From: a virus
Lineage: Duplodnaviria; Caudoviricetes
Strand: one strand, 5' to 3'
IMG/VR virus record: IMGVR_UViG_3300021431_000075
Coordinates: 1 to 64,000 of that record
Length of the DNA: 64,000 nt
This document shows, one piece after another, positions 36,526 to 46,084 of this stretch. How positions within the stretch are numbered: the first letter of the stretch is position 1; each line of letters begins with the position of its first letter. The notes below the pieces were generated by a model that was given only the letters and a program-made list of their open reading frames with translations, searched no databases and was not told the DNA's origin. Made by a program: the position numbers and the translations under genes.

Positions 36526-38193
36526 ATGAACAATACGATATTCGGAGACAGTTACTACGACATGTACGGTTCGAAAGCCACAAGCAACACATTGAAAGAT
36601 GCAAAACCGGCAAAGCCTATCGAAAGAAAGCAAGCAACGAACAATTTCAATAAATACTACAACATGCACACATCGAAGCGCAGCAGTTCATTCAATACGT
36701 TCGAAAGCTTCGGAGCGACAAGAAGCAAGTCATTCTATGCAATCAAGCAAGGACTTCCGTATAAGTCATACAACGAGTACAAAGACCGATTCAAGGATGC
36801 ACTAATGCAACTTGAAACCGATGTATTGGTTCATAATTCTGATGTCAATAACAAGAAATGCATCATCGTCGTTCCTGCTTATAAGACTACATTAACTAAA
36901 CTTGAAAAAATAAGCATACAACAGACAGTTGCAGTGTTCGGAAGCAAATATGAAATTGCAATCGTGTGTCCGAAAGGTCTTGACCTGACAGAATACTACA
37001 AGCACACTGCTAATTTCAAGTTTGCAGTTCTTGAAGTGTCTCCGAAATGGTTCACTGCAATTTCAAGTTATTCAAGGCTATGCGAAGAGCCTGCGTTCTA
37101 CAAGCACTTCCTTGACTATGAGTACATGCTGATTTGCCAGCTTGATGCATATGTTACAGAAGATATGCTGGATAAGTTCATTGCATATGGTTTCGACTAC
37201 TACGGAGCGCAAGTCAGATGCTTTAGACGGATATACTACAACGGCGGTCTGTCACTAAGAAGGACAAGAGCGGTATATGATACAGTTTGCGCAAACACAA
37301 ACACTATTCTATTTCCGGAAGACTGTTACCTATGCACGACAAAGAAAAAGCCTTTGAAAGTCAATTCTCTTGCAGTATCAAAAAAGTTTGCTATTCAAGT
37401 CAATAACATGTTCAATGATTCCGGAGTATTCGGTTATCACTACATAGACAAGATTCCATTTAATAAGATTTCATCTGTCATTGCAAAAACATTCAAGGGA
37501 CAGCATTTAGAAGCTCCGAAAAACAAGACTGTCGTGTTCACATGCATAACAGGCAACTATGATCAACTATTAAAACTTGATTACATCAATCCGTCATATG
37601 ACTACATATGCTACACAGACAACATGTCAATGCAGTCAAACGGATGGTTGCTCAGAAAAATCCCAGAAAACCTTAAGAACTTGTCAAACAGCAAGATAAA
37701 CCGTTATATAAAGTGGCACCCGCATGAGTTCTTTCCAGATTATGACTTGTCAATATACATAGACGGATGCATCAACATACTGTCAGACTTCACAGAAATA
37801 ATCGAGAGATACCCGTCAGACTTTGACATTCTGGTTCCGAAACACAGTCTCACGACCTGCATATACCAAGAAGCAAGGAACGTCTTGCGATGCAAGAAAG
37901 ACGTCAAAGAAAACTTCGAGAAACAACTGCAGATGATGAGAGACGAAGGCTTTCCGGCAAACTACGGAATGACTCAAAACAATATCCTCATCAGACACCA
38001 CAACAACAAAAACATGATAGATGTCGAAAACATCATGTGGAATGTCATCAAGAACGGCTCGCATAGGGACCAACTCGTTTACAAATATGCAGTATGGAAA
38101 AACGGTAACTTAAAAGAGTACATTCTTGACAAGAACACATGCAACTCTAAATACTTCTCTTGGAAAGCAACACACCCGAAACCAAAAAAGTGA
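36526..38193 (+). CDS. Two-domain glycosyltransferase-like protein (DUF5672-like + DUF616/TOD1-MUCI70-like)
   Basis: YMLICQLD, NGGLSLR, PED; then VVFTCITGNYD, SIYIDG, RDQL; start moved to ATG 36526. Confidence 0.75.
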   Translation: MNNTIFGDSYYDMYGSKATSNTLKDAKPAKPIERKQATNNFNKYYNMHTSKRSSSFNTFESFGATRSKSFYAIKQGLPYKSYNEYKDRFKDALMQLETDVLVHNSDVNNKKCIIVVPAYKTTLTKLEKISIQQTVAVFGSKYEIAIVCPKGLDLTEYYKHTANFKFAVLEVSPKWFTAISSYSRLCEEPAFYKHFLDYEYMLICQLDAYVTEDMLDKFIAYGFDYYGAQVRCFRRIYYNGGLSLRRTRAVYDTVCANTNTILFPEDCYLCTTKKKPLKVNSLAVSKKFAIQVNNMFNDSGVFGYHYIDKIPFNKISSVIAKTFKGQHLEAPKNKTVVFTCITGNYDQLLKLDYINPSYDYICYTDNMSMQSNGWLLRKIPENLKNLSNSKINRYIKWHPHEFFPDYDLSIYIDGCINILSDFTEIIERYPSDFDILVPKHSLTTCIYQEARNVLRCKKDVKENFEKQLQMMRDEGFPANYGMTQNNILIRHHNNKNMIDVENIMWNVIKNGSHRDQLVYKYAVWKNGNLKEYILDKNTCNSKYFSWKATHPKPKK

Positions 38194-38218
38194 TGAAGAT
38201 TAGGCTCTTCATCACTTT
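38187..38218. terminator. Bidirectional intrinsic terminator
   Basis: aaagtgatgaaga...tcttcatcacttt between convergent genes. Confidence 0.8.
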
Positions 38219-38222
38219 CTTT

Positions 38223-39053
38223 TTATAATTTAAGCAAGTCGCCGATCCGCTTTTCATCATTCCTGTCTTTGTAATGAAACAATCCCATCGTCGGCATAAA
38301 TGTAAGTTCTCCGAGATAAACTCTATCATTGATTTCATAGAAATCACACCTGACAAACTTGAATGGACTTGAGAGTTTCCTGCTATACTCTATCATTTCA
38401 TCAAGATGGTTTGGCTTTGGAGCAATGTTCGGATTTCTCTTATAATCTGCTTCTATTAATTCAAGACTCATTGGTTTATATGAAAGATCATAAAAACAGT
38501 ATTTGTGCGACTGTATTCCCATAACATATTTCGGTTCTCCATTAAAGCAGAAGAACTTATAATCAGAAGGACTCAACTTCATTTCATTGCACATATTCTT
38601 CTCTATAAATATCCGTCTCGGAATATCATGGTAATGCGCTTCGCAACCGCCATGAAAGAATGTATAATCAGTAGCCATCCATTTCTCAAGTTTCTTGATA
38701 GAACCAGCAACATCCATTTGATTTCTGTCATTAACTATGATATTCATTCCGGAACCGTGATTGCATTTCATAACGAACTTTTCAGGCAGTTCAAACCATT
38801 TAATGTTATTGACCGAATTATAGACATCAATAATCGGAATGCACAAATCTTCTCCGATTTTCTCTTTGCAATAATCATGTACACGAATCTTATCTGCACA
38901 AACACACTTCAACTTCATCGGATGATAAAGATTAAGCCAGTTCATCTTATCTTGAATTGTAACGGGATTCTTCAGATTCAAAGTGACACCGCGTCTCTTT
39001 GCAAGTTTAAGAATATCATTTAAATACTTTCTCTGATCATATGAATATTCCAT
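38223..39053 (-). CDS. TupA-like ATP-grasp protein (polysaccharide amide ligase)
   Basis: ADKIRVHDY, LPEKFVMKCNHGSG, DYKFFCFNG, FVRCDFY, GELTF.P. Confidence 0.88.
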   Translation of the reverse strand: MEYSYDQRKYLNDILKLAKRRGVTLNLKNPVTIQDKMNWLNLYHPMKLKCVCADKIRVHDYCKEKIGEDLCIPIIDVYNSVNNIKWFELPEKFVMKCNHGSGMNIIVNDRNQMDVAGSIKKLEKWMATDYTFFHGGCEAHYHDIPRRIFIEKNMCNEMKLSPSDYKFFCFNGEPKYVMGIQSHKYCFYDLSYKPMSLELIEADYKRNPNIAPKPNHLDEMIEYSRKLSSPFKFVRCDFYEINDRVYLGELTFMPTMGLFHYKDRNDEKRIGDLLKL

Positions 39054-39133
39054 TAGTTTCAATCAATTTTGCTATTGCTATTTATCAACAAAATCGGCGT
39101 TTTCAAATAAATACAAAAACCATAAAAACGCTT

Positions 39134-39931
39134 ATGGCATCTTTATCGCAGGAAGGCTTCAACTTCCTGAAAGGTCTCGAAGGATACAAGAACAAGCCGT
39201 ATCATCTCAAAGGCGAGAAATACTACACGGTCGGTCTCGGTCACTACGGTCCAGACGTAAACCCGAACCGCATATACACTGATGCAGAATGCATGGCTTT
39301 CTTTGCGGAAGACAAGAAACGATTCGAGATCGATGTCAACAAGGTCTGGCACGAGCCGATGACACAGAACATGTTCGACGCTCTGTTCTCGATGGCTTAC
39401 AACCACGGAAACGTTTCGAGAACCATTCTCAAGAACCTGTGTGCCGGAAACGGATACATGGACCGAGAGAAGATAACGAAAGCTTGGTGCAACATGTACA
39501 CCGTGAACGGTCTCCTGACAAACAGAAGAAAGAAGGAAGTCGCGTTTTTCTACGGAGTGGATTCCGTAACTCCGCTTCTATCTTCCCCATCATCGCCATC
39601 CGGAACCGCTCCGTACTCTCCGGCGACGACTTCGATTTACTCATCCGGAACCGACTACTCGCAGCCACCTATGCCGAATCCGAACTATCCGACATATGAA
39701 TCTGCTTTCAGTGGAACCAGACTCGGCACAAGCACTCTGCAGTCGCAGACGATTGTGAAGAACAGTCAAGAGCATACAAGAATATATACATCGACAGAAA
39801 TAGACCCGTCTAAAAGAATCAAGGTTGACGAACTCTCGATTCCGATTTCAGAAGCGGACTTGTCAGACACAGACATGGCTAACAAAATAAGTTTCAATGA
39901 AATAGACACGACAACGAACACAAACGCTTAA
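39134..39931 (+). CDS. GH24 phage lysozyme with S/P-rich linker and C-terminal module
   Basis: LEG...PY...YTVGLGH, QNMFDALFSMAYN.G, GLLTNRRKKE; start moved to ATG 39134 behind AATAAATA at 39106. Confidence 0.85.
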   Translation: MASLSQEGFNFLKGLEGYKNKPYHLKGEKYYTVGLGHYGPDVNPNRIYTDAECMAFFAEDKKRFEIDVNKVWHEPMTQNMFDALFSMAYNHGNVSRTILKNLCAGNGYMDREKITKAWCNMYTVNGLLTNRRKKEVAFFYGVDSVTPLLSSPSSPSGTAPYSPATTSIYSSGTDYSQPPMPNPNYPTYESAFSGTRLGTSTLQSQTIVKNSQEHTRIYTSTEIDPSKRIKVDELSIPISEADLSDTDMANKISFNEIDTTTNTNA

Positions 39932-39938
39932 TCTCATC

Positions 39939-42839
39939 ATGGCAAATTTCACATATGACGGAAAGACATATTCAGAATCCGAGATAGAACAGCTGCGCAA
40001 CCAGATCGCGCAGCTACGGACCGACATATCCACATATGAGAACAACAAGAACGGATACAAGAAGCAACTTGCTGAATTCAAGTCGAAGAAAGCAAGTTCA
40101 ACAGATGCAATAGAAACTGCCGAGATTGATGCCAAGATAACATCAATCGAGGCAGAAATCGGAAGAGTCGATGAAATCATAGCAAGCTATAGAGCAAAGA
40201 TAGGAAAATGGCAGCCGATAATCTCTGCTTATGACACATTCGCTGCAAAAACTAACGGTTCTTCCACAGAAAGAGACAGCATCAACGGTTCGTCGCAGCA
40301 GAACAATGCATCTGCATCATCTTCGTCATCGAATCCGGCTGATGCAGTTTCGGGAACATCATCATCTGCAAACAGGTCGTCAGCAGACTCAAACAACAAC
40401 ATCAACACTTCCCAAGGTTCCGTATCTGACAATGCAGCGAACTTGGGAAGCGGAAGCGGTCTTGACTACAACACAGTCAAGAACAAGGGAGTCGTATATC
40501 CAATCATAAGAATCAACGACCACTACTTCTCGTCATATGAAATCGAAGAGTTCTCGATAGAGACAGGCTTCTACAAGAACTACCATGACTGGAAAAAGTA
40601 CAAGTTTCCAAAAACCGGGTTCGTGCCTACGATGAGGCTTGTCATCACGACAACAGCATCCGACCTGTTAAAAAGGAACATCATCAAGTCCGGAGACAAG
40701 TGCGCGGTGTTCTTCTCAAGCGGCGGCGGAATCATCAAGTCGTACAGAGCGGACTATCTCATAACATCGGTTGTCACATCGGACAAGGAGACTGAAATAA
40801 CGGACAATCCTGTCACTTTCATCATAACAGGCGAACTGTTTATTCCGAACCTAAGGAACGAGACAGAGAAGTTCAACTTCAACGGTTCTTCAAGAGACGC
40901 GATGATGGACTGCGCCACAAGGCTCGGTCTCGCATTCTATTTCTGCGATCCAGATGACACGCAGGACTATCAGGGATGGATTTGTTCGAAAAACCTGCAC
41001 GACTACGCGCTTGAAGTCTCGTCGCATGCTTGGAAAGAGTTCAACGCATTCTTTGATGCTTGGATTGATCCGCGCTACGGTCTCTCGTTCATCAACATCA
41101 ACAAGATGCTTGTGGAAGACGGACTGGACGAGCCGATAGACCTGACACCGTTCATCAACATGATGAACCGTTCTGTCGGAATAGACGGAAACAAAGCGAC
41201 ATCATCGGAAGAATACAAGAAAAAACATCCACAACCGCAGGCAAAGATACTCACGAACATAACAAAAGACGACGAATCAATTACACCGTTCTATATAAAG
41301 AAGTGGAACATCGTGAACAAGGCGTCAGAAATTGCAAACGAAATCGGCGTGAACACGAAAGATGCCCTGACAATCGACAATCCGGGCATCTCGTCAGAGA
41401 ACAGCGACATAGACATGGAATATTCGATTCCGACAAACAAGACGAAACTGCAGAACGGCTTCTATGTCCTTATCGGTCCGGGCGTCAACCTGACATACAC
41501 GCAGGCTGACCAGAAGGACCCGAACATGTCATTCGTGAAGAAGTCTTACACTGTGAAAGGCGGCGGCATTGTCGAGACGATGTCAAGCGGAGACGCGGAC
41601 ATGATGAAGCAGACCGGCAACAACATGTACTCGTCCGGCAACACGAACCGTTTCTATGATGCTGGTTGGGAGCACAATATGCGAAACAACCTGCAGTTAC
41701 AGAAGCAGTATCTTGAAGTCGAACTGTCCGGACTCAACCTCGGCATCATGCGCGGAGAGAAGATTCCGGTTCTCATACTCGACCATGACAAAGTGCAGTC
41801 CTCGGCAAGAGCCAACAACTACGCGTCGAACATTCTTGAAAGCACGCTCTATGAAACAGCATCAGGATGGTACATCATCGACGGTCTCATGTATGAATGG
41901 AAAAGTGACGACAACGAAGGTCCGTCGAACTGGTGCACGAAACTCAAGCTCGTGCGCAGGGAGTGGCCTATTCCGGGCAGGGTTTCAACAGCAACAGTCG
42001 ATAACAAGACTGTAACATTCCAGACAACCGTTGATGCGACAGAGAACAACGCGCAGCTGGCAAGTTCAACAGGCTATATGCTTCCGGACATCGTCATCAC
42101 GCCGGAAAGCCAGTCAAGTTCTGTATCCGGTCTTGACTCGAACACGCAGTATGCATCAGACGGCGGTCTGCTTGACGAAGTCGTTATCAGCGCGACTGCG
42201 CCAAGACGCGCGAACGACACGGCGACAGGAACCGATGCAAAGCAAGCCCTTTCAGTTTCAGAAGAAGACATAACATCAGCCGAAGAAGTGCCGCTAACCG
42301 GACTCAAAAGCAGTCTCAAAACAGTATATTCTATGATAAAGTCGATTTGCCCGAACATCAGGCTTGTATCTGCAAGAAGATGGGCAGTTGACTTGGACGG
42401 AAAAAGAACAGAAGGAAACGCATTCGTCACAAGAAGCGGAATGTACAAGTGCGTGAATGCAAAAGGACAGGTGATGTATTTCAAGTCGAACAACTCAAAG
42501 CATCTGTACGGAGAAGCATTCGACATCATCAACGGTCCCGGACAGGACTTCAACTCGATTATGAGCAAGTACGTTATGATGAACAACCAGCTTCTTCAGG
42601 AAATGGCTCTTTCCGGAATCGGCGCTTGCATAGAACAGACTACTGACGACAGCGGAGTGGCGACAAAGCACTACCACTTCGGTACAGACAAGAACATACT
42701 GAAGCCGTTCTGGGATGCAGTGAGAGCATTGAACAAGAACCTTGACAGTGTGACATCTGCCGCGATTTCAAACTACATATCATATAACACGAGAAACGCA
42801 GCATCCGAAATCAAGAAAACGGAAATATCGGAAATTTAA
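39939..42839 (+). CDS. Baseplate-hub-like virion protein with C-terminal peptidase M15-like domain
   Basis: N-terminal coiled coil; central hub-like region ending SGWYIIDG...KLKLVRREWP; C-terminal SKHLYGEAFD...HYH zinc motif. Confidence 0.6.
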   Translation: MANFTYDGKTYSESEIEQLRNQIAQLRTDISTYENNKNGYKKQLAEFKSKKASSTDAIETAEIDAKITSIEAEIGRVDEIIASYRAKIGKWQPIISAYDTFAAKTNGSSTERDSINGSSQQNNASASSSSSNPADAVSGTSSSANRSSADSNNNINTSQGSVSDNAANLGSGSGLDYNTVKNKGVVYPIIRINDHYFSSYEIEEFSIETGFYKNYHDWKKYKFPKTGFVPTMRLVITTTASDLLKRNIIKSGDKCAVFFSSGGGIIKSYRADYLITSVVTSDKETEITDNPVTFIITGELFIPNLRNETEKFNFNGSSRDAMMDCATRLGLAFYFCDPDDTQDYQGWICSKNLHDYALEVSSHAWKEFNAFFDAWIDPRYGLSFININKMLVEDGLDEPIDLTPFINMMNRSVGIDGNKATSSEEYKKKHPQPQAKILTNITKDDESITPFYIKKWNIVNKASEIANEIGVNTKDALTIDNPGISSENSDIDMEYSIPTNKTKLQNGFYVLIGPGVNLTYTQADQKDPNMSFVKKSYTVKGGGIVETMSSGDADMMKQTGNNMYSSGNTNRFYDAGWEHNMRNNLQLQKQYLEVELSGLNLGIMRGEKIPVLILDHDKVQSSARANNYASNILESTLYETASGWYIIDGLMYEWKSDDNEGPSNWCTKLKLVRREWPIPGRVSTATVDNKTVTFQTTVDATENNAQLASSTGYMLPDIVITPESQSSSVSGLDSNTQYASDGGLLDEVVISATAPRRANDTATGTDAKQALSVSEEDITSAEEVPLTGLKSSLKTVYSMIKSICPNIRLVSARRWAVDLDGKRTEGNAFVTRSGMYKCVNAKGQVMYFKSNNSKHLYGEAFDIINGPGQDFNSIMSKYVMMNNQLLQEMALSGIGACIEQTTDDSGVATKHYHFGTDKNILKPFWDAVRALNKNLDSVTSAAISNYISYNTRNAASEIKKTEISEI

Positions 42840-42880
42840 AAATTTTCTTGATTATATTTTGTCATTTGATGAAATAATGC

Positions 42881-42888
42881 TACATTTG
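42881..42888 (+). promoter_or_regulatory. Bacteroidota-type -7 promoter element (TACATTTG)
   Basis: TAnnTTTG with TTTG 19 nt upstream. Confidence 0.7.
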
Positions 42889-42914
42889 CATCCAAAATCT
42901 TTCTTATATGATTT

Positions 42915-43700
42915 ATGGCTGATAAAAGCTTGATGACATGTCTGAAATCCCATTTCGGCAAAATATACATATTGTCGCTTGTTGAAAGAGAAGACAGAAG
43001 ATATCTTATTGAAAAACAACTCAAGGCTCTCGGCATAGACGCGCCGGACTCGACTGACTACATCAGGTATTTCTATGCAACGACATTCGCGCATAACAAC
43101 ATCATAGCAAACGCATTCAACGAGTCAAATAAAGGCAAGTTCACGAAAGCAAACGAATACGACTGTGCAAGAAACCATTACGCGATGGTGAAGATTTGCT
43201 ATGTTCTCGGATGCCAGCATTGTCTGATTCTTGAAGATGACTTGCTTTTCAGGACAGAACCGAAAATACTTCAAGAATACATAGAAAATCTTCCGGAAGA
43301 CTATGACATAGCGCAGTTCGGCGGATTCACTACCGACAAGAGGATCAAGGACTATTGCGGTCATCTGAATGATGCTGCCGGAATGAACAAGTACTGGTGC
43401 AAGCACCATGATGTCGGCTTATGGACAACATCCATGTATGCAATGTCAAGACGCGGAATGGAGTTCTACATCCTGTTCATGGACAACTTCTTCTGGGTTG
43501 CAGACGGACCGATGTACAAGGCTCCGATCAACGACACACTGATTGACACATACTTGGCAAGAACACCGCTGGTTATCCAAGCGGACAAAGATATAATCAA
43601 GTCCGACATCAGAAACAAGGAAAACGACTCTATCGACTACAACAACAGCAATGTTTACGAGGAAGAGATTGACAGAAGCGACTTCTTCAACATTAATTAG
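42915..43700 (+). CDS. Glycosyltransferase family 25-like
   Basis: IYILSL..R.DRR, C...H, LILEDD. Confidence 0.8.
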   Translation: MADKSLMTCLKSHFGKIYILSLVEREDRRYLIEKQLKALGIDAPDSTDYIRYFYATTFAHNNIIANAFNESNKGKFTKANEYDCARNHYAMVKICYVLGCQHCLILEDDLLFRTEPKILQEYIENLPEDYDIAQFGGFTTDKRIKDYCGHLNDAAGMNKYWCKHHDVGLWTTSMYAMSRRGMEFYILFMDNFFWVADGPMYKAPINDTLIDTYLARTPLVIQADKDIIKSDIRNKENDSIDYNNSNVYEEEIDRSDFFNIN

Positions 43701-43760
43701 CATCATGAATGCAGTTGATAAATAGATAAATTTTTTACAAAAACGCTACTATTCATAACG

Positions 43761-44114
43761 ATGGAGTTGTATGATGAAGAATATGACGAGAACGTGATTT
43801 ATCCGATAGAGAACGACCCGGAACCGGATGAAGATGAGCAAGAACAGCAGGAAGAAGCGGAAGAACAAGAAAGAACAGTCGTCTCTTTCACGAGAGATTT
43901 CATAAACGCGGAACTCAGCATATCTGTAGAGAATGCAAAGACGGAGGTGAAGTTCATGTACAACAACATCTTGTATTCCGGAATCATCATAAAGGAGTTT
44001 CCGTCAGGAAATGATAATTATATCTTCCTTGTCGAATGCCTTGATGATAATACAGACAAGAAAGGAAAGTTCATGAAGAAGATTCACGTTCCGGACGCAA
44101 CCATCGTCAAGTAA
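43761..44114 (+). CDS. Acidic hypothetical protein
   Basis: 117-aa ORF behind GATAAATA at 43717. Confidence 0.7.
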   Translation: MELYDEEYDENVIYPIENDPEPDEDEQEQQEEAEEQERTVVSFTRDFINAELSISVENAKTEVKFMYNNILYSGIIIKEFPSGNDNYIFLVECLDDNTDKKGKFMKKIHVPDATIVK

Positions 44115-44143
44115 CACAAACAATCACAAAAACACAAATCGCA

Positions 44144-44335
44144 ATGAGAAAACTATCTCCAAAAGTAAAAGTTTGTTCAGGCTGTCCGAAAAAGGATGCA
44201 ATTCAGCCGTTAAAAGTTCCAAACTTCAAGATAACGCTACCGGAAGAAAAGCAAGAAAGCACTGAAAAGGTAACTGTTGTCAATATGAAAAAATACAGGA
44301 ACGGCTCCAGCGGACCGACAAACACATTGTTCTAA
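44144..44335 (+). CDS. Small hypothetical protein
   Basis: 63-aa ORF with A-rich leader, followed by a hairpin at 44366-44406. Confidence 0.55.
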   Translation: MRKLSPKVKVCSGCPKKDAIQPLKVPNFKITLPEEKQESTEKVTVVNMKKYRNGSSGPTNTLF

Positions 44336-44484
44336 CTAAAATACATTCTTTCAAAAATATCTGTTCAAGCAAACCGCTATCATCAAACAAAATAGAGGTT
44401 TGCTTGTTCATTGTCTACAATGCAAAATGAAGATTGTTTTTGCTCGAAAGATAAATAAAAAAATGAGTGTATCCTTTAACTAAA

Positions 44485-45783
44485 ATGGAAACCCCTCTTT
44501 GTGGAATAAGAAACATAAACCATGAACACAGAGAAGTGCCACCTGTGATTCATATTCACAATAAAACACCGTTTGCAAACTATGACACAGCGATTGACGA
44601 GTTGAAGAAGAAGATTCTTCATCCCGGAGAAATCGCTATTGCATACTACTACAATCCTACTGCCGATGACGGCATATCAACGCTCATAGCAACCGGTCCG
44701 ATTCAACAAGGTGGATACAACGAGATATTCAAGAATGCCGCTGACATCGACAAGCTGGTAGAAGATTTCAACCTTAAGATTGACAGTCAAGAACAGCATG
44801 TCATCGACGTGACTGATGAAGCGCTTTCTGAAGTTCTCCGCAGAGCAGCAGAAATGAATGCATCGACGAAAGATGAAATATCAACCATCGTCAATTCAAG
44901 CATTTCAGAATTCACAGAGACTTTCAACACGACTATCAGCAATGTCGAGAACTCCATCAACTCAAGTTTCAACAGCCTTGTAGAGAACATAACATCAAGC
45001 ATACAGACATTGTCTGACAATGTGAACACAAGCATTGCCGAACTGTCAGAAAGCACAGATACAAGATTCCAGAGCATCGAGAGCCACATGGACTCAAGCA
45101 TCTCGACTCTTGCTTCAAGCACTAATGAGAAAATAGAGAATCTGTCAAGCAGAGTTGACGAGTTAGCAACCAGCACCAATGCAAGCTATGTAGAGATAAA
45201 CGAAAAGATACAAAACCTATCAAGTTCTATAGAGTCAAGCATCATTGAACTGTCGAACACTTTTAACGAAGAAATAGAAACACTATCAAGTTCTGTTGAT
45301 AACAGGTTCAATGACTTGCAAGCCAGCATTGATGCAAACTATGTAGAGATAGATGAAAGAATCCAGCAACTTGAGTCGCAGATAGACACAAGCATCCAAG
45401 ACTTCACAGAGAATCTGGCAGAGCGTATAGAGACACTTTCAAGTTCAGTCGATGAGAGGTTCAATGAGTTGAGCGAGCACATAGACGCAAGCTACATATA
45501 CATAAACGACATCGTCACAAACGCAGTTGAGAATCTGGATGAAAAGATAGAAAGCCTGAGTTCAAGCACATCTGACAGTTTCGAGTCTGTATATGTCGAA
45601 CTTGATACGATTCTGGAAATGCTCGGCGTCGATCCAAGCACATCCGGTTCCGGAACCATCAACAAAATCAGGGAAGATGTAGAATCCAACACGAACGCGC
45701 TGTACTGGAGACCGCTCGGCACACCGGACCCTGATTCTACCGACTATGGTTACTGGAGAGACTTGGCTGATTCTTCAAATTGA
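44485..45783 (+). CDS. Long coiled-coil (fibre-like) protein, S-rich
   Basis: 11-residue periodicity; SYVEIN segments shared with 599..2632; GATAAATA at 44450. Confidence 0.7.
   Translation: METPLCGIRNINHEHREVPPVIHIHNKTPFANYDTAIDELKKKILHPGEIAIAYYYNPTADDGISTLIATGPIQQGGYNEIFKNAADIDKLVEDFNLKIDSQEQHVIDVTDEALSEVLRRAAEMNASTKDEISTIVNSSISEFTETFNTTISNVENSINSSFNSLVENITSSIQTLSDNVNTSIAELSESTDTRFQSIESHMDSSISTLASSTNEKIENLSSRVDELATSTNASYVEINEKIQNLSSSIESSIIELSNTFNEEIETLSSSVDNRFNDLQASIDANYVEIDERIQQLESQIDTSIQDFTENLAERIETLSSSVDERFNELSEHIDASYIYINDIVTNAVENLDEKIESLSSSTSDSFESVYVELDTILEMLGVDPSTSGSGTINKIREDVESNTNALYWRPLGTPDPDSTDYGYWRDLADSSN
45181..45510 (+). repeat. 153-bp / 51-aa coding repeat
   Basis: ASYVEI at 45181, ANYVEI at 45334, ASYIYI at 45487; IETLSSSVD twice. 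Confidence 0.8.
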
Positions 45784-45802
45784 TAACTTAACAAACTATA
45801 CT

Positions 45803-45898
45803 CATCCGTTTAAAAAAGAAGGATATGCTATTGTTTTGAGACATGGTAGTGATGATGAATATAAGATAGCCAGTAGAAGTAGGTTGACAAAGAAATAA
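45803..45898 (+). pseudogene. 3' remnant of a WG-repeat gene
   Basis: Start-less frame HPFKKEGYAIVLRHGSDDEYKIASRSRLTKK*, resembling a WG repeat and the GRLTK end of 46085..46846. Confidence 0.5.
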
Positions 45899-45934
45899 TG
45901 ATATAGATTACAAATAGTTTTAATTAGACAAAAG

Positions 45935-45973
45935 AAAAAGATGGCAAATTGATTAAGTTTGTCATCTTTTTTT
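45935..45973 (+). terminator. Intrinsic terminator
   Basis: aaaaagatggcaaa...tttgtcatctttttt. Confidence 0.75.
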
Positions 45974-46084
45974 GTTAAATGATGTTAAAAACTTTTGATA
46001 TTTAAATAATTGTTTTTATCTTTGTTACAAAAACATATTTGTATATAATTGATAAATAATTAAATGATTTTTTGAAAAAAATAT

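Noticed and set aside
39170-39250. Lysozyme lacks the canonical Asp/Cys at E+9 (Leu here), suggesting inactivity
   Set aside because: Catalytic Glu and Thr are retained and that position varies in GH24 enzymes; inactivity cannot be inferred
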